64,000 nt of DNA from Eledone cirrhosa (GCA_964016885.1 OZ024743.1:152644001-152708000), one strand, 5' to 3'. Counted from the stretch's first letter, positions 29,311-47,104 are shown. The notes: generated by a model from the sequence alone, not told the origin. Translations and numbers: made by a program.

Positions 29311-29762
29311 GGGGTGCTATCAGTCACAGTTGGGCGGGGTGCTGTCAACATATAGTTACATACAAGCATACACATGGATAAGAGTACAGACAAGAGTAGA
29401 CACATGGATAAGAGAACAGACAAGAGTAGATAAGATAATGGGATTAGGTAAGAGTAGGTAAAAAATAGGTAAAAAATAGGTGAAAAACAGACTTATAATA
29501 TATATAAAAAGAAATACAAAGAAATACATAACAAACTTACATATAAAATATAAAATATAGGGTAAGGAATGAGATAAAATAATATAAAATTAAAAATTAA
29601 AAATTATATACATAGAACATAATATAGTATAATCGTAAAATAAGATAAAATAAGGTAAACTAAAATCAAATAACATAGACTAAATTAAAATAATATAATA
29701 TAAGATGTAATTAAATGTATAATTAAATGTAATTAAATGTAATTAAATAAAATAAAATAAAA

Positions 29763-29801
<39 letters not shown>

Positions 29802-29877
29802 AAATTAAATAAATAAATAAAATTAAAATTTAAATTTTAAAATTTTAAAATTTTAAAATTAAAATTTAAATTTAAAT

Positions 29878-29909
<32 letters not shown>

Positions 29910-31403
29910 ATGGAGTCAAGTAAGTAAATAAATAAAATTAGATAACATGAAATGAAATAAAATGAAATAAAGTAAATTGAGATAAGATATATATTTTTTT
30001 AGAATATATCTCTTGAATATATCAGGGGCCCACGAAGGCACTAAATGTCACAGTTATGTGTATCACTTGACCAATTTTTAAAAATATATTTCATGAAAAC
30101 ATCAGGGGCCCACGAAGGCACTAAGTGTCACAGTCGCCAGTATCACTTGACCATTGCAAGGCAATGGAGGCGTCCCAGGTTGGGCAGTCTCGAAAGTTCA
30201 CTCGAAAGTCATGGGTGTGCATTCACACAGTTGAGCGGTGGGGTAATCACAAACCGGTTCACACACGGGCAGGAGTCAATTGGTCAGAGAGGTGCATCAA
30301 AGGAGGTAGAAGAATTCACATGCATTAGCAAGCGAGGTGAGGTTAAAGCAAGCAGACACAGTTGTAGCGCATACAAAATATATATAAAAAGACAGAAGAT
30401 ATATAAAAAGCCATTAAGTCACCGCATTGGGACATCACAAGATTGTACACATCAATATGTTCAGCCCTTATATGCACGTATACACACCACATGCATATGC
30501 AGAGACGGTATACATATATATATATATATATATTTTTTTTATATATACACAGACACATATAACCACCTACACCCATACACATATAAATGTATACACGGAC
30601 ACACACGCACACACACACAGCGTAGGACACCCGGGTCAAAGCCGATATTAAATACGATATTAAATACGATATTAAACACCGAAATACCACATTAGACCAG
30701 ACCCACCACCACAGGTAATATATTCAAAACAAATACATACGATGAGATGTATTAAAATAAAGTTGAAATCCTACGGAGATATTCATGTCTGCACGTGCCA
30801 TTGACCGATTCGAGTGTACACAGACCGTTAGTAACTACGGAGGGCCATCGGGGCCAAAACGTTACTTTCGGGATCATAAAAACGACCGTCAATATATGGA
30901 AGGTCGATCGTGCTAGAAAGACTAAAACCCCGGGTAAGAGCTCCCAGAGGTCAGCCTGTAGATCTTGAACCACAGAATATGAGGGCAACACGTATATGCG
31001 CCACGTATCCACTGCTTACGGCAGGATGGCACGGGTCCGCCCACAGTTACAGGCTAAATTTCTACTAGTGCAGCCTAAATCACAGTACACGCTTTACATA
31101 AATACATTACATGACAACTCATGCGCATACAGAGGTACAGATCAACAAGATATACGTCAGGATAGGTCCACCAATGCACTAATGGTGGGTAGGCCAGCGT
31201 GGATGGGTTACATCCATTGTACCAAACAGGGGTGCTTATTAACATACACTCCCCTGCACACCCCAATATCAAGATCAATATCCTCCCACAGGCATACGTA
31301 TACATTCACAGACTCGTATACATAGACGACCAACATTAGGAGACAGTTACACTCAGTCAGAGACAGTTACACAAGACAGCCCAACTGGAGGAATAAGGAC
31401 GTG

Positions 31404-33921
31404 CTAGCTAACAGGTTTAAAGTAGAAGAAAGAGCTTAATATTCGGTGGGGGCAGGAGGAAAAAATTTCAGACTTTCTATTTAGTAGAGGGCATTTAGCA
31501 AATATAATAGAGTGGGATTCGGCAAGGCACAGGTTGCATACTCTACTATGAGGAGTATATGGATGGGATTTAGCAACCTGCCGCCAAGTAAGTGTGTAAG
31601 GTGTTCGTGCATTTTTTAAATTATGGACGTACGCTGCCAAGGAGGTGGAGTTCTTCAGTTTATTATGTCTAAAAGTGCATTGATGAGAGTTAAACCTGGT
31701 CTTAAAGGGGGTGGAAGTTGATCCTATATAGGTCATAGTGGACGCCGTAGTTACCACATCACACGCATAAACTATGTTTCTAACAAGGCAGAAACCATTC
31801 AGGGGGCAGCCTGAAGCCCTTCTACAGTTACAACCTCTGGTGATGCTATTCTCAGAAAGATTACCACCAGTGTTACTGCCCACTCTATCCACTACCGTGT
31901 TTTCCCCTAGGGTTAGGTTGTCCAGGCCTTCCTTTATTTTCTTATTATTAGTAATGGCCAGATGAGAGGCCAGATTTTGGGTTGTAGAATACGAAAGTTT
32001 AACAACATTCTTATTGGGGATAGAGTGGTACCTATTACCAGGAGGGAAGTTCCGTTCTAGCACAGAGAATATTTGTAGCCACTTCAGAATTAAAAGGGGG
32101 GTTGAAGTATGTATTCAATCTTCTTCTATTCTTTTTATTCTTTCTATTTCCATCAGTATTATTAGCATTATTATTTCTACGGTTCCTATGCTCACCTAGT
32201 CTATGCGGGGAGCTGCGAGGCCCACCATTGCTATTACTTAGACTAATGGTGCCCTGCTGGTTCATTCCACCGGCAACTAGAAACCTCCCGTTCACGACAC
32301 CTCTATTGTTATTACTTAGACTAATGGTGCCCTGCTGTTTCATTCCACCGGCATTTAGAACCCTCCCATTCGCGACACCTCGATTACCAATGGACATATT
32401 ATGTGTTATAACAACACTGGTAGAGCTACTATTAGGACCATTATTTCCCTGGGTGTAATACAATTTGTCCCTAAAGCCGGATCTAGCTAAGGCGTCGTTA
32501 TAGTAATCAGCCTGCGAGTCAAACGCCTCCTCACTATGTGAGAGTGAACTTATTCTGTTAGATACGCCCTTCAGTATACCGCTGATGACAGACCTAGGGT
32601 GGTTGGAGTTGGTATTCACGTAAGTCAGCAATTCATTGGGCTTATGGTACGGTGTGTACGTATGGTTATCCAAGTCCAGTGTAACATCTAGGAAGTTCAC
32701 AGTTCTATCATTTACATCCATTGTAATGGATAGGTTAAAAGTTTTAAAAAAGCTATGCAGCTTTTTCCTAATGCGCTCTATATTATACTTACTAGTATCT
32801 ATGGAGAGTAGGGCGTCATCTCGGTACAACCCACCCCTAAGGAAAGGGAAGTTACTATGCAGTTCATTGAGGAGGTATAGTCCAACTAAGTCGGTGACCT
32901 GAGCAGAGTCACTCGACCCCATAGTGATGTCAAAATTATCAGGTGTGTTTTTTCTCGTCCATAGATTATCCTCAAACATGATAATGGTTTTACGTGCAGC
33001 GAGAACAATATCTATCTGTGGCCTAGTAATTGCCCCCCTCCGCATGGCTAGGATGAGGGCCTTATTGAGGATAATAGGAGATATAGATGTATAATAAGCA
33101 TCAATATCAAATTGGATGAATTTTAGTGAGTCACGACCACAATCAGTAGAGAACCATGTAATGACCTCACTAGTGTTACCCCAAAGCTCAAGGAAAGTTT
33201 TTTCTCTAACCAGGGGAATAACGCTATCCAAGATTCCCTTACTAATAATGCCCAGGTCAGACTTGGAGGGGCAGATAAGCCTAACCGAGGGTCTGCTAAT
33301 AAAATCTTCCTTGTGGTCCTTGAGGGTGAATCTAGGCTGCTTGGGGTAATAAGGCTGAGTGTGTTTATCCAGACCTAATTTTACCACTATGTTATACCCC
33401 TCCAGATTAATATTATCTAAATTACTCTGCGTTGTTTTTTTGTAGTTCCTATGTAGTTCATTATAAATGAAGCCTCGATAGGTTTTATAATCCATACTAT
33501 ATAAGTTTTTAGTTTTGTCAGAGGGGACCAGAATGGATTTATTATCCCTAAAGTCCCTAACGATTGAACTTAGTTTACTCTGAAATTTACTGGTACATCT
33601 AGATTTTTTATATCTAATATTCCTAACAAGGGATAATAGCTCACTTTCGAAGTTATCCAACAGGCTATTATGCGGGGGGCTCCTATAGGTCTTAAATCCA
33701 TAATTATTAAAACTACGCCTCTCCTCAGGGCTATCATACCTCCTATCAAAGTGGAACGCACGCCACCGAACACGTTTTACGAATGAGTTTATGCTAGTTA
33801 TCAATGATTTCTTATACGAGATTTTAGGGGGGGTGGGAATATTCTTCAAGGAAATGGGTAAGTATGTCTTTGTTAGCATACTGCCTGATAATATACAAGG
33901 ACGCAAATCCGCGTATATCAA
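31404..33921 (-). pseudogene. Naiad-type RT-GIY-YIG ORF with one frameshift near 32065
   Basis: SLKNIP, RWRA, YGFK, SDKTKNLY, TLKDHKEDF, RLICP, FDI..YY.SI, FDITMGS.D.A, GLYRDD, FLDVTL, SNHP, then GCNCRRASGCPLNGFCL, YIGST...FKTRFNSH, VCNLC, LNRKSEIFSSCPH; comparison with the 43232 copy suggests a ~14-nt deletion. Confidence 0.93.
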
Positions 33922-34190
33922 AGTTTGAGCTCAACCAGTGGGAGCCGTATAGTATGCTAGGGAAAGGATCAGGGGTGTATAACACTCCACTTATCCAGCA
34001 GGCAGTATGAGGTTAGCTCAATGTCTTGGATTTGTTATTGCTTGTATGGTATGTAATTAACCTTTTTGCTCTGATGAGTCCCACTTATAGTGCGGATGAA
34101 ACAATGTTAGCAAGTAAAGATATGCATATGCTATAAGCGTTCTTTGTTATTTATTTATTATATAAATATATATATATGTATATATGTATA

Positions 34191-34227
<37 letters not shown>

Positions 34228-34254
34228 AAATATATATATATGTATATATGTATA

Positions 34255-35594
<1,340 letters not shown>

Positions 35595-35641
35595 CATATT
35601 TATATATATATATATATATATATATAAATATATATATACAT

Positions 35642-35707
<66 letters not shown>

Positions 35708-35786
35708 CTCTACGGTTCTTATATATTTGATATATATTTTCCTTATCGAGCCCTCTTTGGATTTTAGTCTTCAATTTTATTATTAT

Positions 35787-35849
<63 letters not shown>

Positions 35850-35896
35850 AAGGAAAAGCGAAGTAGTTTCAGATGTTCAACTGGTTTAATAATAAT

Positions 35897-35970
35897 GCTG
35901 TGATATATATTTCAGTGACGACACTGGCCGCACTGTTCTGTGTGCGAGTGTCGTGTCATCATCAGACAGC
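35897..35970 (-). ncRNA. Hammerhead ribozyme with extended stem II
   Basis: gctgt-CTGATGA-tgacacgacactcgcac...gtgcggccagtgtcgtcact-GAAA-t.atat.a-TC-acagc. Confidence 0.8.
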
Positions 35971-36685
35971 TTGTTACATAATAAGGTTATGTTTCCGAGG
36001 CAATCCAAATTGGATCGACATGGGAACGGATGAATTGCGTGTTTTGGGGTTTTTCATCCGCTCCCTTGTGAGTACCAATTCACCCCCACCGGCCTGCGCA
36101 AGCGCATGTCCGAAGGAATTTGACCATTAGCCACCGCAGATTTCAACGAAATTCGCTTAGTCAGTTCACCCTCTCAGTCAAAACAATGGCCCACCGATGC
36201 CTGTACCATATTTTACTGCTACCCATCACGGCTGTGGCAGTCAGCCGAGAGCCAGAGGGTATGGGAGAGTGTTAGTTTTTACAGGTCATAATACTACCCC
36301 TCACTAAGCGTTGACGGTACGACTGACCATCACTTTATAAGGGAAGATAAACTTAATTCTAGGTATCATGGTTTTACGTTGGAAGTTAAGAGTGAGAGTT
36401 GGAAATAAAAATTAAAATCCTAAATCAAATATCAGAAATTATAAATTAAACAATTAAGAAATTAACAATTAGAAATTAAAGAATTAAAAAAAATTCTTTT
36501 CAGGTGATAATTCGGATTGAGGTGAGTAAAAATATAGACTGAAGTGAGTAAATAATATGGAGAGTCATATATGACTCCAGTTCTTCAGTGAAATAACAAC
36601 CCAACATGGAACTGGGCATATAAGAGTATTGACAATATTATACACCTCAACAACATATGTACTTGTCTATACCATACCGATTCAA

Positions 36686-36740
36686 ACTGCCTCAAGAGGT
36701 CACAGCCAAAGATGGCTGTCACTGAAATATATATAGCAGT
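36686..36740 (+). ncRNA. Hammerhead-like motif with G5 changed to C (probably inactive)
   Basis: actgc-CTCAAGA-ggtcacagccaaagatggctgtcact-GAAA-t.atat.a-TA-gcagt. Confidence 0.65.
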
Positions 36741-37021
36741 AATAAACGAAGCTAAATTTTAATCATTTGACTTTTATTTAACTTTATTTTACACTACTCC
36801 GGAGTAACCAAACCAACCTGCGCACTTCGTCGAGTGCTCCAGCCTGCATACTGAAGTGTTGGTATACAACCAACATAAACTCAAAATCTATAAATATAAA
36901 TATACATATACATATATATATATACATATACATATATATATATACATATACATATATATATACATATACATATATATATACATATACATATATATATACA
37001 TATACATATATATATACATAT

Positions 37022-37101
<80 letters not shown>

Positions 37102-37248
37102 GTATGTATATATGTATATATATATATATATCCATATATGTATATATATATATCTATATACATATATATGTATATATGTATATATATATATATCCATATA
37201 TGTATATATATATATATCTATATACATATATATGTATATATATATATG

Positions 37249-37921
37249 CAAAAGTTTTATTTAAAATTGTTGGGTTACAACAAGTAAATATTTTATAACT
37301 GATATAAAGCACTCAACAAGTTTTGGAGTAGATATACGATATTAAACAAAATGGAAACTATATTTATAAAACCATATTTATTTCATTATACATATTTCGG
37401 GGATACCATATTAAAAATATGGCATGCCTCTTTTTTCCCCCCACCTCTATCTTTCTCTCTCTCTCTGTTTTCTCCTCATTTTTTATTTCTCTCCGTCTCC
37501 TTAACACTATAACTAAATAAGTACAGTACTCCCTCCCACCTAAATCTCTCAATTTGTATGATGAATTATTATTATTCATCTGTTGCCTCAGCTGCTTCTC
37601 TTTTTTCCGCTCCTCACTATTTCTCTCTCCCCTATCTCTCTATATTTCACTCTGTTTTTCTTTACATACATTTCTTCTTTTCCTCCGTCTTTCTTTTTAA
37701 CTGTGCTTAACACTAAATATTTATAAACATTTCACTACCAAACCAACTTCTTACATAAAAGTTGATAAATATTTATGGTACGTCAAAATTATTTATAAAA
37801 CTGTTTATATATTGTATTTTATCTGAAGAAGGCATGCCATATTTTTAATATGGTATCCCCGAAATATGTATAATGAAATAAATATGGTTTTATAAATATA
37901 GTTTCCATTTGTTTAATATCG
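37249..37921 (+). mobile_element. Family C-related fold-back pLTR; hammerhead at 37817-37878
   Basis: 37337-37429 inverted to 37830-37921; ttttat-CTGAAGA...GAAA-t.atgt.a-TA-atgaaa. Confidence 0.8.
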
Positions 37922-37923
37922 TA

Positions 37924-37962
<39 letters not shown>

Positions 37963-38238
37963 GTATATATATATCTATATACATATATATATACATATAT
38001 ATATACATATATGTATATATATATACATATATGTATATATATATATGTATATATATATACATATATGTATATATATATACATATATGTATATATATATAT
38101 GTATGTATATATACATATATGTATATATATATATGGATATATATATATACATATATGTATATATATATCTATATACATATATATATATACATATATATAT
38201 ACATATATGTATATATATATATACATATATATATATAC

Positions 38239-38283
<45 letters not shown>

Positions 38284-38339
38284 CATATATACATATATAT
38301 ATATACATATATATATACATATATACATATATATATACA

Positions 38340-38388
<49 letters not shown>

Positions 38389-38524
38389 GTATATATGTAT
38401 ATATATATACATATATATATATATATACATATATATATACATATATATATACATATACATATATATATATACATATACATATATATATATACATATATAC
38501 ATATATATATATATACATATACAT

Positions 38525-38555
<31 letters not shown>

Positions 38556-38561
38556 TATGTT

Positions 38562-38592
<31 letters not shown>

Positions 38593-38603
38593 ATACATAT
38601 ATG

Positions 38604-38655
<52 letters not shown>

Positions 38656-38816
38656 CGTATATATACATATATATATACATATATATGTACATATATATGT
38701 CCGTCCAAACCCATGCAAGCGTGGAAGATGGACGTTAAACGATGATGATGATGATGATATATACATATATATATATATATATACATATATATATACATAT
38801 ATATATACATATATAT

Positions 38817-39763
38817 ATAAAAAACATGGGAAGAAAGAATACTGCGTGATTGCACATGGGTTACATATGATAAAATTAGTCCTTCGTCAGCGATTTTTCA
38901 ACCTTCATTGTTATTTCATCGCATTAAAAATCATATACCTCCGGTTGGTGCGAGCAATAGCTAAATAAAGCTATTAGGAAAAGTAAATCGCGTAAAGCGA
39001 GTGAGACAAGTAAACAATATAGAAGGATGAAAGCAACGCAAAGATAGGAAAAAACAAGCAACTTGGTTAACCGGTCAGTATAAACTGGGCGGAATTCATG
39101 AGCGAGCGAGATACAGACCATCCGACGTGAGTGAGATGTGAGCAAGAAAGAACCCACTACAAGCCAAACGGGAGGAAGTGAGAAGGGGAGAAACAGAGAG
39201 TGAGTGAGTGGAAGTGCGAGGAAGAGGTCAGTCGAGAGAAAGCGTAACTGAAAGAGGGTGAGAGAAAAAGAGAGAGCGGGGAAGCAGTAAGAGAGAAACA
39301 GACAAACGCAGCCGAGGTAAATATATATAAAAAACATGAGAAGAAAGAATACTGCGTGGTAGCATATGGGTTACATATGATAAAAATAGTCCTTCGTCAG
39401 TGATTTTCCAATCTTCATTGGTATTTTCATCGCATTAAAAATCATATACCTCCGGTTGATGCGAGCAATAGCTAAATGAAGCTATAGGGACAAGTAAATC
39501 GCATAAAGCGAGTGAGACAAGTAAACAACATATAAGGATGAAAGCAACGCAAAGATAGGAAAAAACAAGCAACATGGTTATCCGGTCAGCATAAGCTGGG
39601 TGGATTTCATGAGCGAGCGCGATACAGACCATCCGACGTGAGTGACATGTGAGCAAGAAGAGGCCCCACTACAAGCCAAACGGGAGGAAATGAGAAGGGG
39701 AGAAACAGAGAGTGAATGAGTGGATATGCGAGGAAGAGGTCAGTCGAGAGAAAGTGTAACTGA
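38817..39763. repeat. Partial tandem repeat, 510-bp unit, between TA arrays
   Basis: aaaacatg.gaagaaagaatactgcgtg at 38821 and 39331; the second copy is truncated at 39763. Confidence 0.9.
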
Positions 39764-39958
39764 CATATATATACATATACATATACATATACATATATAT
39801 ATACACAAATATATATATATATACATATATATATACATATATATATATACACATATATATATAGATACATATATATATATACATATATATATATATACAC
39901 ACACATATATCTATATATATACACATATACATATATATATATATATACACATATATAC

Positions 39959-39989
<31 letters not shown>

Positions 39990-40038
39990 TCTATATATAT
40001 ACACATATACATATATATATATATATACACATATATAC

Positions 40039-40069
<31 letters not shown>

Positions 40070-40078
40070 CATATATAC

Positions 40079-40143
<65 letters not shown>

Positions 40144-40167
40144 CATATATACATATATATATATATT

Positions 40168-40199
<32 letters not shown>

Positions 40200-40207
40200 C
40201 ATATATT

Positions 40208-40239
<32 letters not shown>

Positions 40240-40280
40240 CATATATATATACATATATATATATACATATATATATATAC

Positions 40281-40311
<31 letters not shown>

Positions 40312-40508
40312 CATATATATACATATATATATATACATACATATATATATACCTATATATATATACCTATATATATATACCTATATATATATACATATAT
40401 ATATAAATGTATATATACACACATATATATATATACATATATATACATATATATATATATATACACATATATACATATATATATACATATATATATACAT
40501 ATACATAT

Positions 40509-40540
<32 letters not shown>

Positions 40541-40618
40541 GTATATATATATATATATACGTATATATATATATACATATAAATATATATATATACATAT
40601 ATATACATATATATATAC

Positions 40619-40689
<71 letters not shown>

Positions 40690-40734
40690 CATATATATAT
40701 ATACAAATATATATATACATATATATATATACAA

Positions 40735-40779
<45 letters not shown>

Positions 40780-40832
40780 CATATATATATACACAAATAT
40801 ATATATACATATATATACAAATATATATATAC

Positions 40833-40865
<33 letters not shown>

Positions 40866-40914
40866 CATATATATATATACAAATATATATATACATATAT
40901 ATATATATATACAA

Positions 40915-40959
<45 letters not shown>

Positions 40960-40970
40960 CATATATATAC

Positions 40971-41001
<31 letters not shown>

Positions 41002-41034
41002 CATATATATATATACATATTTATATATATATAC

Positions 41035-41067
<33 letters not shown>

Positions 41068-41082
41068 CAAATATATATATAC

Positions 41083-41157
<75 letters not shown>

Positions 41158-43231
41158 CATATATATACATATATATATATACATATACATATATGTATAT
41201 ACAAATATATATATACAAATATATATATATACATATATATATAAGAATTGAAATACTAGAGTGTGTTGGAGTTAAACACCCTCTTCGTATTATAGAAATG
41301 ACAGTAAAGGTATAGCTCAATGTAATTAAACAGAGCCGAAGAATTATGAAAATAAACCAAAGAAGCCTTCAATACATCAAAAGTCTTTATTAGCCAACAA
41401 TGTTTCGTCCTATTAAGGACTCATCAGGGCAATTAAAGCTATAAGAAGCACTATCAGCCAATACAAGCCGAAAACTCAGAAGAATATGGAGTGTACATAG
41501 ATTAAATAATAGGAAAACAATCGGGTAAAAATTATCAAGTAAAAAATTATCAAGTGAAAATTGCTAAGGAAGTAAGTAACATTTTGAACCATATTACAAA
41601 TATAGTCCAATGCAAAAACTACAGCTAAAACAGAGATGGTGATATAGAGCGGGAATTATTGTACTATATATAATATAATATAATATAATATAATATAATA
41701 TAATATAATATAATTAATAATGATAATAATAATAATGTTAGAAGGCCCAATATACATATATATATATACATATGTACACATATATACATATATATCAATA
41801 CACATTTCCATCAATAGAAGCACAAACTAACCCTTATTAAGAGTTTAAATATAAATAATAATAATAATAATAAAAATAAAAATAAAAATAAAAATACAAA
41901 TAAAAATAAAATTAAAATTAAAATATAATACATATAATATTTACAGTATAAAATGAAGAATAAATGATTAAAAGTAAGCATAAAATATATAATAAACTAT
42001 ATAATTATATAATAGATAATCTCCAGTTAATTTGCACAAACAATATAAATGTTACAATAACACTAAAATCACAATATTATAATATAATGGCATATAACTT
42101 AACAAATCATATAGAGTTACAGTCCGGGTGAGAAAAAATATTGTACAGAACTAAATTATATTGGAAAAATTATGTTGGAAAAATATCAAAACCATTGCAA
42201 GAAAATAGATCAAATTTCTATACAGTTGGTGTAAATAAATATTATCCAAACATTACAAGAATTATAATAATATAAACATATTACAGGATTTACAGAATTT
42301 AACATAACATAATGGTACATTTAATAATTGGTAAATAATAATGATCAGTAGTACGTTTACAAAGAGTGGAATGATATAAAATTTCAATATAAAATATTGA
42401 ACATAGTATAATATACATAATTACATGGTTGGTGGAGAGACATTTGTGAATAAGTGAATGAGAGCCAGACTGACAGACTACGCACGGTAGTATATATAAA
42501 TAAATACAATCAACCGGAAATCGAAAAACAAAAACAAAAGTATTTACTTAGGTGTCGCATGCAGTTAAGTAAACATTTTAGGAAACAAACCCGGATAAAT
42601 GACTAGAAAACCCTATTAAATTAATTAATATTGAAAGTACTTAAAATACATAATAAGTCCATACAAAATTAGCTATGGTTTAAGTAATCAAAATCCCCGA
42701 ATTTAAAGATATCACTATAAAAATATATCTGGAAAAGATGAAATATTCAACTATCAGTTGAATAACGTTATCTAATAAACAGACTTTAAATAAAGTTATG
42801 GTAGGCCAATGGGGACAGAAAAAAGAAATGTATGGAGGATATGAAAGAGCATAAAATCATAATCAACATACTGTATTTTACAATAGAAAGGAGCATTAAA
42901 AGGGAATTGGATATAATTATAGTATATTTGAAGGGGCGAGTGACAAGTATGTATGTGTGTGTGTGTGTTGGGGGCGGGGGGGTTGTTATCCAAAGAAGAA
43001 TCCAAATAAATAAAATAGAATAATATAAAATAAAATAAAATATATAATCAGATATAAACTCATAAGGTGTTAATAGTGAAAATATAATATTTAAGAAGAT
43101 AGAAATGGTATGGTAGCCAAAAGATTATGAAAGCTATAATGAAAAGCTGTCAAAAGCCAATGATAAAAATGATGATAATGATGGTGGTAAACATAATAAA
43201 CCTTAACTAAAAAGATAAGGGAATGTAGCAG

Positions 43232-44182
43232 CTAATGGATACAATTTACACTACTAGAACCTTTAGGTTTATAATAAAAGTAAGAATTTGAAATGGCGTG
43301 GGGGCAAGAAGAGAATATCTCAGACTTTCTATTAAGTAAGGTTTCCCTAGAGAAAATTATAGAGTGGGTCTCAAGGATACAGAGATTGAAAAATTTAGTA
43401 TGTGTTGAAAGGTTATTAGAGCGTGCTACTATACGCCAACTAAGGCTATATGGTATATTAGCCCCCTTAAGATCCCAGATATGGTGTGCTAAAGAAGTAG
43501 AATTCTTAAACTTAACATGTTTAAAATTAGAGATATGAGAATTAAACCTAGTCTTAAAAGTATTAGATGTAGAGCCTATATACGTGCTATTAAAAGAATT
43601 AGTTTTAACCACACAAGCATAAACGATGTTCTTAGAGAGGCAGTTACCGTTTAAAGGGCAGTTAGCACTCACTCTACAGTTACACTTCCGGGTGTTATTG
43701 ATCGGCTGAAGTAGTGATACATCGCACGTAGGATTACTATGAGATAAAGTCTGCTCTGGTGGTAAGGCATTTACGGATCTATTCTGACTAGTAGTACGAA
43801 GAGAGGAGTATCCATCCCTAATTTTCCCATTGTTAGTGCTAGCTAAATGAGAACTAATATTAGGGGTGGTAGAGAATGAAAGTTTAATTACATTTTTATT
43901 AAAAATACTATGGTATTTATTAGCAGGAGGGAAGTTTTTCTCTAAGATAGAAAAGAAAGACCTACGGATGTTAGTTAATACTTCCTGATTATATGGCGGG
44001 TTAAAATAAGTATTTAGTCTCCTATTTTTATCCTTACCAACTCTACCGTTATCTAATGTCCCATTATTAAGATTTGGGTTACTACAAGGATTAGTTAAAA
44101 CCACATTACTAGAATCAGCCGAAACTCGATTAAGTCTCTTTCTGTTTCTACCTCTAGTATATTTGCCGTCATCTGGAGTCAT
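43232..44182 (-). pseudogene. Naiad-type linker + GIY-YIG endonuclease
   Basis: YFNPPYNQEV.TNI, KLSFSTTPN, KCNCRVSANCPLNGNCL, YIGSTSNTFKTRFNSH, LNRKSEIFSSCPH. Confidence 0.92.
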
Positions 44183-44437
44183 ATCAAAAGGATTAGGGCC
44201 AATAATAGGATCAGTAGAAACAACATTATTAGAATTAGGTATATCAAAAGTATTACCAATGGGTGAGCGCTCAGAAGGCTCGACTTGATTCTTAGAAGTA
44301 TTAGATTCTCTGCTACGAGTCCGGTGGCTTAACCCATGGATGGGTTAAGATACACCTATGTGATTTCTACGATTCTTATGCTTTCTACTCCCAATCACGG
44401 CTTGTATTGGCTGATAGTGTTTCTTATAGCTGTAATT

Positions 44438-44475
44438 GCCCTGATGAGTCCTTAATAGGACGAAACATTGTTGGC
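44438..44475 (+). ncRNA. Minimal hammerhead ribozyme
   Basis: gcc-CTGATGA-gtcc.ttaata.ggac-GAAA-c.att.g-TT-ggc; sense-strand copy at 41393-41430 (-). Confidence 0.88.
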
Positions 44476-44543
44476 TAATAAAGACTTTTGATGTATTGAA
44501 GGCTTCTTTGGTTTATTTTCATAATACATATATATATATACAC

Positions 44544-46427
<1,884 letters not shown>

Positions 46428-46433
46428 CATATA

Positions 46434-46465
<32 letters not shown>

Positions 46466-46502
46466 CATATATATATATACATATATACATATATATATAT
46501 AC

Positions 46503-46537
<35 letters not shown>

Positions 46538-46549
46538 CATATATATATG

Positions 46550-46581
<32 letters not shown>

Positions 46582-46975
46582 CATATATATATGTATATAT
46601 ATATATACATATATATACGTATATATATATATACATATATATACGTATATATATATACATATATATATATATACATATATAAAAACAAATAACGAAACGA
46701 AATTAAATTTCGTTTCGTTTGTAACTCACTTTTGTATGACCGACGCTTAAACAATTAAGTTAAAAAAATTACATCTACATATGCATACTGAAATACTAGT
46801 GTGTATATGAATACACACACGTATACATATGTATATGTAACAAGTCTTTCACTGGTTGCTTTACTGTGAGCACCCAGCTATTCTGTATGTAAACACACAG
46901 ACAAACCGGTTTTTAGAGTCATACTGGTTTTTGAGGGAACACCTTCCCTCTATTCTCCAGAAAGCCAGACAAGGA

Positions 46976-47018
46976 ATATTGAACTAGTTTCGTTGTTGTT
47001 ACAACTCATCAGCAATAT
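46976..47018 (-). ncRNA. Minimal hammerhead ribozyme (R2)
   Basis: tattg-CTGATGA-gttg.taacaa.caac-GAAA-c.ta.g-TT-caata. Confidence 0.9.
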
Positions 47019-47104
47019 TTACCTATCTACCGGCCCTTCTGGAGAATTGTAAAAGCACATATCGTTATATGCTTTTTCTATGAAAATTAGTAGTGGGCAG
47101 ACTA

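Larger units (their letters stand above)
28911..34160 (-). mobile_element. Near-full-length Naiad-type Penelope-like element (family D)
   Basis: Minus-strand RT + GIY-YIG; 3' pLTR 28911-29143; direct partial repeat 33951-34025 plus inverted arm 34019-34160; TA flanks. Confidence 0.95.
41245..44526 (-). mobile_element. 5'-truncated Naiad-type PLE related to family D, with inverted pLTR
   Basis: GIY-YIG ORF 43232..44182; 44398-44526 inverted to 41343-41470; pLTR similar to 28970-29100. Confidence 0.92.
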
